The position numbers and the translations under genes are program-made. 64,000 nucleotides of DNA, taken from NCBI GenBank assembly GCA_028717645.1, contig JAQUNK010000002.1, positions 12,897-76,896 of the forward strand, given 5' to 3'. The notes under the pieces are model-generated. The model did no database searches. It worked only from the letters and a program-made list of their open reading frames with translations, and was not told where the DNA came from. Positions 1-7,348 of the stretch are shown here, piece after piece (position 1 is the first letter of the stretch; every line of letters begins with the position of its first letter). The DNA is from Candidatus Omnitrophota bacterium (GTDB lineage Bacteria > Omnitrophota > Gorgyraeia > Gygaellales > JAMWDD01).

Positions 1-1
1 G

Positions 2-772
2 TTGCTCAAAGGATTCGACGCTGTTTGTCTGGCCGGTGGTTCGCGTGTACCCCGCGACCTGAATATCGCAGGAAGAGGATTATCCGGCATACATTTTGCC
101 ATGGATTATCTGGTTCAGGCAAATAAACGGGTGCAGGGTGGAAAAATCACCAGAGAAAAAATTATCGACGCGAAAAATAAACGCGTGGTAGTGATCGGTG
201 GAGGGGACACTGGCGCTGATTGCGTAGGCATTGCGCACCGGCAGGGCGCTGCTTGCGTGGTACAGATCGAATTGCTGCCTCAGCCTGCAGAATGCCGCAC
301 GCCTGGTATGCCCTGGCCGAAATACCCGATGCTTTTAAAAACCTCTACCAGCCACCAGGAAGGAGGAGAACGGATTTGGCAGGTGCTTACTAAAAAGTTC
401 TTCGGTGAAAACGGCCGCGTGAAAAAGATCTCTTGTATCAAGGTAAATTTTTCTAAAGATAAATCAGGCTGTATGGCACTGGAAGAAATTAGAGGTACGG
501 AATTTGAAATTGAAGCGGACCTGGTCATTCTTGCTTTGGGTTTTCTTTATCCTGAGAAAAAAGGATTACTCCAGGAATTCAGGTTAGAGCTGGATAACCG
601 CGGCAATATCAAGACCGACGCCAATTTTATGACCTCGGTAAAAAAGGTATTTACTGCAGGAGATATGCACCGCGGGCAATCATTGATCGTCTGGGCGATT
701 TCCGAAGGCAGGCGCGCGGCGCATTGCATTGATAAATTCTTGATGGGCGAGAGTAGCCTACCTAGAGCATAA
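2..772 (+). CDS. GltD-family (glutamate synthase small-subunit-like) FAD/NAD(P)-dependent oxidoreductase, C-terminal portion; the 5' end lies outside the window
   Basis: The ORF runs from the window edge to a TAA at 770-772. The translation has a GGGDTGADC dinucleotide-binding motif and a GltD-like C-terminus (FTAGDMHRGQSLIVWAI). It is paralogous to the complete GltD-like gene at 3082-4503. Confidence 0.55.
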   Translation: MLKGFDAVCLAGGSRVPRDLNIAGRGLSGIHFAMDYLVQANKRVQGGKITREKIIDAKNKRVVVIGGGDTGADCVGIAHRQGAACVVQIELLPQPAECRTPGMPWPKYPMLLKTSTSHQEGGERIWQVLTKKFFGENGRVKKISCIKVNFSKDKSGCMALEEIRGTEFEIEADLVILALGFLYPEKKGLLQEFRLELDNRGNIKTDANFMTSVKKVFTAGDMHRGQSLIVWAISEGRRAAHCIDKFLMGESSLPRA

Positions 773-869
773 ATCCGAATTTCCCAAATTCAAAACAATT
801 TAGTTTGGAAAATTTAGATTTTTAATTTCGAATTTGTTTCGAATTTCGGATTTTGTGCTTCGGATTTTT
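771..869. repeat. AT-rich imperfect palindromic intergenic element (~100 bp), copy A, immediately after a stop codon
   Basis: The left arm AAATCCGAA...CAAATTCAAAACAA is mirrored by TTGTTTCGAATTT...TTCGGATTT. A 36-nt core (AAATCCGAATTTCCCAAATTCAAAACAATTTAGTTT) is identical to 37076-37111. Confidence 0.6.
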
Positions 870-909
870 CAGAGATTGTTTTTTTATTATTTTTTAGTAT
901 AATATCCTC

Positions 910-1200
910 ATGTTTATCCACGCCGTACATTTTCGGGTCCAGCCCAAAGAAGTTGCAGATTACCGTAAGGATAGTCTGATGTGGGCGCGCCAGGCAAAAA
1001 AATATCCGGGATTTTTAGGATATTACACGCTTAGCCGCCATGGCCACAAGCATGAGTTTGTTTCAGTCTACCACTGGCAGAAAAAAGCGCAGTGCGACCG
1101 CTTTATGAAAGAACTGCACGAAGAACTCGTCTCTAAGTCCAAGGCCAAGGTTACGGTCTTCGGCTACTACAACCTCACCGCAATAGACAAAGCCAAATAA
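910..1200 (+). CDS. small ABM-like (antibiotic-biosynthesis-monooxygenase/Dabb-type) protein, 96 aa; candidate leaderless mRNA
   Basis: The ORF is intact and has the size and hydrophobic/His pattern of stress-responsive ABM domains. A TATAAT at 895-900 ends about 9 nt before the ATG with no SD. Confidence 0.35.
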   Translation: MFIHAVHFRVQPKEVADYRKDSLMWARQAKKYPGFLGYYTLSRHGHKHEFVSVYHWQKKAQCDRFMKELHEELVSKSKAKVTVFGYYNLTAIDKAK

Positions 1201-1226
1201 TTACTCGCTTGCAGGCATCCAGGACT

Positions 1227-1261
1227 ATAATTTACGTCGCACTGCGTGCTCCGTAAATTAT
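1227..1261. repeat. palindromic intergenic repeat ATAATTTACG-N15-CGTAAATTAT (TTACG/CGTAA hairpin family)
   Basis: It has perfect 10-bp inverted arms. The inner 25-mer TCGCACTGCGTGCTCCGTAAATTAT recurs at 1897-1921 with one mismatch. Confidence 0.5.
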
Positions 1262-1270
1262 CCACTCATT

Positions 1271-1304
1271 AAAAAACGAAGAAGGCCCGATTTTACGGGC
1301 CTTC
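1271..1304 (-). terminator. rho-independent terminator read on the minus strand (GAAGGCCCG-ATTTTAC-GGGCCTTC plus U-run), shared by the convergent genes
   Basis: A perfect 9-bp GC-rich stem. On the minus strand it is followed by TTCGTTTTTT. It lies about 300 nt downstream of the csp stop and about 80 nt downstream of the 910-1200 gene. Confidence 0.6.
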
Positions 1305-1612
1305 TCTGAAGGCGATAAACCTTAATGGCTTTCGCTATCCAATCCTCCTTTTATAATCCTTACTAAAAGCATGCCACAAAATTTATAGAATTCAAGACTG
1401 ATATCCTCATTTTTAGGAAGCGCTTTCTTTTGATGGCCAGCGTCGGGAGCGGGCAGGCTTCGCCCTTGGGGATATTTAAAAACAAAAATACCTTTCTTAC
1501 AGGTTAGAAACAAGAAACTTTGGGGAAATGATACTAGAAAGCTACGGCGAGATTTCTTGACCTTACCTTACTTTACGCTGTTGATTAAAGCAAAAACTTA
1601 CGCAACCACCAA

Positions 1613-1810
1613 TTATATCTTGGTTACGTTTACTGCTTGTTCGCCTTTGGCGCCTTTTTCAACATCAAACTCAACTTCTTGGTTTTCTTGTAAAGTTCTA
1701 TAGCCTTCGCTCTTGATGGCGGAATGATGTACGAATACATCTTTGCCGTCTTCAGTCGTGATAAAGCCATAGCCCTTTTGGTTCGAGAACCACTTTACTT
1801 TACCTTTCAC
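1613..1810 (-). CDS. cspA: cold-shock protein (CspA family, S1-like CSD)
   Basis: The 65-aa translation is [17 protein letters not shown]...DVFVHHSAI.., carrying the canonical RNP1/RNP2 motifs (KGFGFI, VFVHF-like). Confidence 0.9.
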   Translation of the reverse strand: MKGKVKWFSNQKGYGFITTEDGKDVFVHHSAIKSEGYRTLQENQEVEFDVEKGAKGEQAVNVTKI

Positions 1811-1896
1811 CTGCTTTGCCCTCCTTTCTTAAATGAGCGCGCGACTTATAGAATGCTATTTTTTTCTCTGGCATAAGTCGCTGCGCAAATTCAACC

Positions 1897-1921
1897 TCGC
1901 ACTACGTGCTCCGTAAATTAT
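1897..1921. repeat. second copy of the 25-nt TCGCACT(A/G)CGTGCTCCGTAAATTAT motif, inside the predicted csp 5' UTR
   Basis: 24/25 identity with 1237-1261. It lies between the predicted csp promoter (about 2019-2048) and the csp start at 1810. Confidence 0.45.
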
Positions 1922-2018
1922 GGCCTCAAATAAAAAAAACCGCAAGGTTTCAACAATTCTTTACCTTACGGTTTTAAATTTTGATTCACCATTTACCACC
2001 TTAACTTAAACTATAAAC

Positions 2019-2048
2019 ACTATACACAATTTCTTCCCCGGTGTCAAC
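2019..2048 (-). promoter_or_regulatory. sigma70-type promoter for csp (minus strand): TTGACA-18-TATAGT, giving a ~200-nt 5' UTR
   Basis: The reverse complement of 2043-2048 is TTGACA and of 2019-2024 is TATAGT. A long 5' UTR is typical of csp genes. Confidence 0.5.
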
Positions 2049-2257
2049 TTAAATCTTATAATTTTTCTTGACAAGGCAATTCTTTGTGCTATCGTGATTA
2101 ACGAATCCGCAGGACAAAGGCGTCCTCTTTTTAATCGTCAGATTAAAGGGGGCGCTCTTTTTTTGCCCATTTTTATCCCGGTTTATCTCTAAACGGGAAG
2201 ATAGATCACCCAATCTGCCTGATTTTTGTGCTATAATTGCCTATAAATTAGAATAAA

Positions 2258-3085
2258 ATGAAAATAACCGCTAAAGAAGTATTGGTCCAGACGCATGATA
2301 CCCGTATTATCAAGTTAGAAGTTGCTGCCCCGGATATTTCCCGTAAAGCAAAGCCCGGCCAGTTTGTTATGCTTATGGCTTGTCCGGACGGAGAGCGTAT
2401 CCCGCTGACCATAGTAAATAAAGATCCGCAAAAGGGGACAGTTACTCTGATTTTTCAGGAATTAGGGTTGACCACCAAACTTTTAGGGCGTTTAAATAGC
2501 GGCGATCCGCTTTTTGCACTGGTCGGGCCGTTGGGCCACGCCACAGAAATTAAAAATTACGGCAAGGTGATTTTGGTCGGCGGAGGCGTGGGCATCGCCG
2601 AGATCTACCCCGTGGCCAAGGCGCTAGAAGAAGCGGGGAATCATTTAGAAATCATATTGGGCTCAAGGACAAAGGGGTTGCTTATTCTAGAAAAAGAATT
2701 AGAAGGCCCGGCCGATGGTTTCCACATTACCACAGACGATGGTTCCTGCGGCAGGAAGGGTTTCACCACCGACGTGGTGGCGGAATTGCTGAAAAAAGAT
2801 AAATTTGACCTGGTTTATGCCGTCGGGCCCGTGCCGATGATGAAACGCGTTTCTTTGGTGACCAAAGAATCAGGCGTAAAAACAATAGTTTCTTTAAATG
2901 CCATTATGGTAGACGGCACGGGTATGTGCGGATGTTGCCGTGTAGATGTTGCGGGTAAGACCCAATTCAGTTGTGTGGACGGCCCGGAATTCGACGGGCA
3001 TTTGGTTGACTGGGACGGCCTGGTTAAGAGAAACAGCGTTTATACGGACAAAGAGAAGCATATCTGCAAAACTGTTTTACAATGA
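2258..3085 (+). CDS. nfnA: ferredoxin-NADP+ reductase-like small subunit of NfnAB/sulfide dehydrogenase (SudB/PyrK-like, FAD/NAD-binding with C-terminal 2Fe-2S Cys cluster)
   Basis: 275 aa with a PyrK-like fold pattern, GGGVGIAEIYP NAD-binding loop and a C-terminal CGCCRV...C cluster. It overlaps the next gene by 4 bp (ATGA). Confidence 0.6.
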   Translation: MKITAKEVLVQTHDTRIIKLEVAAPDISRKAKPGQFVMLMACPDGERIPLTIVNKDPQKGTVTLIFQELGLTTKLLGRLNSGDPLFALVGPLGHATEIKNYGKVILVGGGVGIAEIYPVAKALEEAGNHLEIILGSRTKGLLILEKELEGPADGFHITTDDGSCGRKGFTTDVVAELLKKDKFDLVYAVGPVPMMKRVSLVTKESGVKTIVSLNAIMVDGTGMCGCCRVDVAGKTQFSCVDGPEFDGHLVDWDGLVKRNSVYTDKEKHICKTVLQ

Positions 3086-4503
3086 AAAAGAACCCGGTAA
3101 AAGCATTGGAAGTAGAAGCGGCCAAGCGCGTAGAAAATTTCGGCGAGGTGGTCAGCGGTTATAATGAACAAGATGCACTTAGCGAGGCGTCGCGCTGCCT
3201 GCAGTGCAAAAATCCGGCCTGCACCTCGGGTTGTCCCGTCGGAATAGACATCAAGAAATTCATTTATCAGATCACCCAGAAAGACTATGCCCAGGCGTAT
3301 TTTACTATCCGGGAGAAGAATAATTTCCCTTCTTTATGCGGCAGGATCTGCCCGGCAGAATATCAGTGCCGCAAGGCCTGTGTCCTGACTAAAAAAGGCC
3401 AGCCGTACGCATCCAGTGAAAGCATCAACATTAATTTTCTGGAACGCTTCGTCGGCGATTACGGGATGAAGAATAATTTGGAAGTTCCCGTTAACAAAGA
3501 TACCCGGCTCTCAAAATTCAAAGTGGCCGTGGTCGGTTCCGGCCCGGCGGGGTTATGCTGCGCCGGAGAATTGGCCAGGAACGGAATAGGAGTAGTTGTC
3601 CTTGAAGGCCTGCATAAAACAGGCGGGGTATTGCGTTACGGTATCCCGCCCTTTCGGCTGCCGCGCGATATCCTCGATTTCGAAATCAATTATCTGAAAA
3701 AATTAGGTGTTGAGTTCATTACTAATTTTATCGTCGGCAAGGCTAGGACGCTGGATGAACTTTTTAGCGAAAAATATTCTGCGGTATTCCTGGGGCTGGG
3801 CGCGGGCATCCCGTCGTTCCTCGGTATCCCGGGTGAAAATTTATGCAACATATATTCTGCCAATGAATTCCTTACCCGCGTTAACCTGATGTCCGCTTTT
3901 GAATTTCCCCACGCGCATACACCTGTAAGTATCGGAAAACACGTGGTGGTCATCGGAGGGGGTAATACCGCTATGGATGCGGCGCGGGTGGCGCTGAGGC
4001 TTCAGAAAATAAATAGTGTCCCCGCTGACACGACCGTTGTTTACCGGCGTACGGAAGTGGAAATGCCTGCGAGGAGGCTGGAGATCGAACATGCGCGGGA
4101 AGAAGGGATAAAATTCGAATTTTTAGTCAAGCCCGAAGGGTTCTGCGGGGATGAGGCAAGCCTGGTCCGCAGGCTTACGGCCTCAAGGTGCGAGCTGGGC
4201 GAACCGGACGCATCCGGCAGGAGAAGGCCGGTCGAGATACCGAATAGCGGTTTTGCAACTGACTGCGACCTGGCAGTAGTAGCCATAGGGTTAAAGGCGA
4301 ACAGCATTTTGACCAATGTTACCCCCGGGCTGAAAACAGATAAATACGGGGATGTGGTAGTGGATAAAGAGACAATGGAAACTTCCCTGAAGAATGTTTT
4401 TGCGGGTGGTGATATTGTCGGGGGCGAAGGAACGGTGATCGAGGCGATGGGCATGGCGAAGTCAGCCGCCCGCTCGATCGTAAACAGGCTTTTACAGCGA
4501 TGA
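3082..4503 (+). CDS. nfnB: GltD-like large subunit of NfnAB/sulfide dehydrogenase (NADPH-dependent, 2x[4Fe-4S] plus FAD)
   Basis: 473 aa. The N-terminus has Cys clusters (CLQCKNPACTSGCP, CGRICPAEYQCRKAC). It also has VAVVGSGPAGL and VVVIGGGNTAMD dinucleotide-binding motifs. Confidence 0.65.
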   Translation: MKKNPVKALEVEAAKRVENFGEVVSGYNEQDALSEASRCLQCKNPACTSGCPVGIDIKKFIYQITQKDYAQAYFTIREKNNFPSLCGRICPAEYQCRKACVLTKKGQPYASSESININFLERFVGDYGMKNNLEVPVNKDTRLSKFKVAVVGSGPAGLCCAGELARNGIGVVVLEGLHKTGGVLRYGIPPFRLPRDILDFEINYLKKLGVEFITNFIVGKARTLDELFSEKYSAVFLGLGAGIPSFLGIPGENLCNIYSANEFLTRVNLMSAFEFPHAHTPVSIGKHVVVIGGGNTAMDAARVALRLQKINSVPADTTVVYRRTEVEMPARRLEIEHAREEGIKFEFLVKPEGFCGDEASLVRRLTASRCELGEPDASGRRRPVEIPNSGFATDCDLAVVAIGLKANSILTNVTPGLKTDKYGDVVVDKETMETSLKNVFAGGDIVGGEGTVIEAMGMAKSAARSIVNRLLQR

Positions 4504-4549
4504 AATTGTAAAGGCGGGTGTTTGTTCAGCGTTTGAACAAGGAGGAGAG

Positions 4550-5887
4550 ATGTCAAAAAAAGCTGAAGAGTTCATATCGGCGGTAGTTGCAAAAAATCCC
4601 GGTGAACTCGAGTTTCATCAGGCAGTGCGTGAAGTAGTGGAATCGGTTATGCCGTTTATCGAGGGAAATCCTAAATATCAGGATGCCAAGATCCTGGAAC
4701 GGATGGTCGAGCCGGAAAGGACGATCATTTTTCGCGTCCCCTGGCTGGATGATAAGGGCAAGATCCAGATAAATCGCGGTTTCCGTATTGAAATGAACAG
4801 TGCCATCGGCCCGTATAAGGGCGGCCTGCGTTTTCATCCGAGCGTCGATTTAGGGATCTTGAAGTTCCTGGCTTTTGAACAGGTCTTTAAGAACAGTTTG
4901 ACCACATTACCGATGGGCGGTGGAAAGGGCGGTTCTGATTTTGACCCAAAAGGAAAATCGGATAACGAAGTAATGAGATTCTGCCAGAGTTTTATGACGG
5001 AATTGGCCAGGCATATCGGACCGGATACGGACGTGCCCGCTGGAGATATCGGCGTGGGCGGACGGGAGATCGGTTTTCTCTACGGCCAGTACAAAAGATT
5101 GCGTAATGAATTTACCGGCGTACTTACCGGCAAAGGCTTAAGCTGGGGCGGGAGCTTGATCCGGCCCGAGGCCACGGGCTACGGCTGTGTTTATTTCGTA
5201 CAGGAGATGCTTAAGACCAGGGGCGAGACCTTCAAGGGTAAGGTTTGCGCGGTTTCCGGCTCCGGTAACGTCGCTCAATATACCGTGGAAAAACTGCTGC
5301 AATTAGGTGCTAAGGTAGTGACCTTGTCGGATTCCAATGGTTTTATTTACGACAAGAACGGTATTGACGGAAAAGAGCTGGAATGTGTATTGAACCTGAA
5401 GAATGTCCGCCGCGGCCGCATCAAGGAATGCACCAAGGATTTCAAGTGCGAATATTTTGAAAACGAACGTCCTTGGGGTATCAAATGCGATATTGCTTTT
5501 CCTTCTGCCACGCAGAACGAAATTAACGAGGCCGATGCCAAAAAGCTCGTGAAGAACGGTTGCTTCTGTATCGGAGAAGGCGCCAATATGCCTTCAACGC
5601 CCGAGGCGATCAAGGTCTTTATGGACGCAAAAATACTCTATGCGCCCGGCAAGGCTTCGAATGCCGGAGGGGTGGCGACCAGCGGTTTGGAAATGTCCCA
5701 GAACAGCCAGCGCCTGTCATGGACGAGGGAAGAAGTGGATGAGAAGCTTCACCAGATAATGATCAACATACATGATTCCTGCGTCAAATACGGCAAAGAA
5801 GGCAAATATATCAATTATGTCAAGGGTGCCAACTTAGCCGGTTTTATCAAAGTGGCTGATGCCATGCTGGCCCAGGGTCTGGTCTGA
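4550..5887 (+). CDS. gdhA: NADP-specific glutamate dehydrogenase
   Basis: 445 aa with the hallmark KGGLRFHPSV and PMGGGKGGSDFDPKG motifs. An SD (GGAGG) precedes the ATG. Confidence 0.9.
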   Translation: MSKKAEEFISAVVAKNPGELEFHQAVREVVESVMPFIEGNPKYQDAKILERMVEPERTIIFRVPWLDDKGKIQINRGFRIEMNSAIGPYKGGLRFHPSVDLGILKFLAFEQVFKNSLTTLPMGGGKGGSDFDPKGKSDNEVMRFCQSFMTELARHIGPDTDVPAGDIGVGGREIGFLYGQYKRLRNEFTGVLTGKGLSWGGSLIRPEATGYGCVYFVQEMLKTRGETFKGKVCAVSGSGNVAQYTVEKLLQLGAKVVTLSDSNGFIYDKNGIDGKELECVLNLKNVRRGRIKECTKDFKCEYFENERPWGIKCDIAFPSATQNEINEADAKKLVKNGCFCIGEGANMPSTPEAIKVFMDAKILYAPGKASNAGGVATSGLEMSQNSQRLSWTREEVDEKLHQIMINIHDSCVKYGKEGKYINYVKGANLAGFIKVADAMLAQGLV

Positions 5888-5907
5888 TCTAGCGAAGAGC
5901 AATAACA

Positions 5908-5947
5908 AAAAGGCGCTTTTATCTTCTGGATAAAGGCGCCTTTTTTG
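5908..5947 (+). terminator. rho-independent terminator after gdhA (AAAGGCGC...GGCGCCTTTTTT)
   Basis: GC stem with a perfect inverted repeat, followed by T6. Confidence 0.7.
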
Positions 5948-6024
5948 TAAAATTTTAAATAATTGTTGCATTTTTCCCCCGTTATAATAAAATAAAATTG
6001 CTTTTAAACCAAATGGAGGCATAT

Positions 6025-6369
6025 ATGGCAGAAAATAAGCAGGATTTAGGTACGACAGATCTGGGTATGCAGCCGAATGTAGCCGCGCTTTTGTGCTACC
6101 TTTTGGGTGTGATCACCGGGGTAATTTTTTACGTCATAGAAAAGAAGAACAAATTTGTCAGGTTTCACGCGATGCAGTCGATAATTACTTTCGGCGGGAT
6201 CTTCGTCGCCATGATCGTGCTCGGTTTCCTGCCGTTTGTCGGTTGGATGTTGGGTATGTTGCTTTGGCTCTTCGGAGTGATCCTGTGGGTGATTTTAATG
6301 GTCAAAGGTTACCAGGGAGAATGGTTCAAATTACCGGTCATCGGTGACATTGCGGAAAAAAATTCATAA
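6025..6369 (+). CDS. small integral membrane protein (DUF4870-like; FHAxQS motif, 3 predicted TM helices)
   Basis: The ORF track starts at 5998, but GGAGG at 6015-6019 sits 5 nt before the ATG at 6025. The translation MAENKQDLG...RFHAMQSIITFGG is followed by hydrophobic helices. Confidence 0.45.
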   Translation: MAENKQDLGTTDLGMQPNVAALLCYLLGVITGVIFYVIEKKNKFVRFHAMQSIITFGGIFVAMIVLGFLPFVGWMLGMLLWLFGVILWVILMVKGYQGEWFKLPVIGDIAEKNS

Positions 6370-6401
6370 TCTTTTAATCCAGGTTTCCGTATCTTTTAAC
6401 T

Positions 6402-6429
6402 AAGGCCACTCTTTAGAGGTGGCCTTTTT
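6402..6429 (+). terminator. rho-independent terminator (AAGGCCAC...GTGGCCTTTTT)
   Basis: 8-bp stem plus T-run, directly after the 6025-6369 ORF. Confidence 0.6.
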
Positions 6430-6437
6430 GTCTTAAG

Positions 6438-7271
6438 ATGAGAATTATAAAAATATTTTCGGCCCTGTTGCTGGTTTTTTCTCTCGTGCTGAACACCTGT
6501 TGGGCACGGCAGGGTAATAGGAAGAACCCCTGGATCACCGCCCGTTCGTTTGTGGTCATGGATATAGATGACGGGCATGTGCTTTACGCAAAAGAGCCGT
6601 ATCTAAAATTGCCCGCCGCTTCCACAGTAAAAGTAATGACCGCCATAATCGTCCTGGAAAACTCTTCGCTAAAAAATTCCGTCGTAATCAGTAAAAATGC
6701 AGCAGGCACCGAGCCTTCCAAGGCGTATCTGGGCGCGGGCGCTACTTACTCTACCTACGATCTCTTGCAGGCGCTTTTGATCAGTTCTGCCAATGATGCC
6801 GCGGTCGCCCTGGCGGAAAGCATTTCCGGCACGGAAGACAAATTTGTGGTGCTGATGAACTGGAAGGCAAAAACGCTGGGTATGAAAAATACTAGATTTG
6901 TCAACGCCTCGGGCCTGCCCGGCAGGCGCGCACAGCATTACACTACGGCTTATGACTTGGCTGTACTCATGCGTTATGCCTCCCAAAACAGCGTATTCAA
7001 CCAGATACTCGGCATGCGTGCCTCGGCCATAAAAGGCAGCGACGGCAGGAGGATCTATTTAAGCAACCACAACAAATTATTAAGGACCCATCCTAAATTC
7101 GTGGTGGGTAAAACCGGTTATACCATGAAGGCAAAGCATTGTTTCCTGGGCGCTGACCATAAATGTCCCAAAAATATCGTCTTTTCCATTCTTTATTCGC
7201 GTAACCCCTGGCAGGATATCCGCAGGCTCGCTTCATATGGCTTACGCCTGGAGAATAATAGGAAAAAATAA
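6438..7271 (+). CDS. D-alanyl-D-alanine carboxypeptidase (peptidase S11, PBP5/6-like), secreted
   Basis: It has a signal peptide plus the three PBP motifs: SxxK (STVKVMT), SxN (SSAND) and KTG (KTGYT). Confidence 0.7.
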   Translation: MRIIKIFSALLLVFSLVLNTCWARQGNRKNPWITARSFVVMDIDDGHVLYAKEPYLKLPAASTVKVMTAIIVLENSSLKNSVVISKNAAGTEPSKAYLGAGATYSTYDLLQALLISSANDAAVALAESISGTEDKFVVLMNWKAKTLGMKNTRFVNASGLPGRRAQHYTTAYDLAVLMRYASQNSVFNQILGMRASAIKGSDGRRIYLSNHNKLLRTHPKFVVGKTGYTMKAKHCFLGADHKCPKNIVFSILYSRNPWQDIRRLASYGLRLENNRKK

Positions 7272-7348
7272 TATTTATGCTTGACGTAAATATAAATTAT
7301 GATAATATATTATAAAGTTTTATAATATTATAAAAAGGGGGAAAAAGA

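Noticed and set aside
280-528. Antisense ORFs of 60-213 aa inside well-supported genes. Examples: 280-528(-), 547-729(-), 3690-3953(-), 4041-4556(-), 40408-40821(-), 40931-41551(-), 44108-44749(-), 48382-48993(-), 50661-51101(-), 63384-63860(-).
   Set aside because: Each lies wholly within and opposite to a gene with clear family motifs. They show low-complexity Ser/Pro/Arg-rich translations typical of the antisense strand of GC-moderate coding DNA, and none has a start context.
1322-1513. A 63-aa minus-strand ORF in the csp downstream region.
   Set aside because: No SD and no compositional coding signal; the region is better explained as a 3' UTR or non-coding RNA.
2946-3164. A 72-aa + strand ORF spanning the nfnA/nfnB junction.
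   Set aside because: It is an alternative frame across two translationally coupled genes, with an Arg/Gly-rich nonsense translation.
7290-7325. The perfect 16-nt palindrome TTTATAATATTATAAA in the PKD-gene promoter region, as a specific operator.
   Set aside because: The region is extremely AT-rich, where short palindromes arise by chance and overlap the putative -10. It is noted but not given weight without conservation data.
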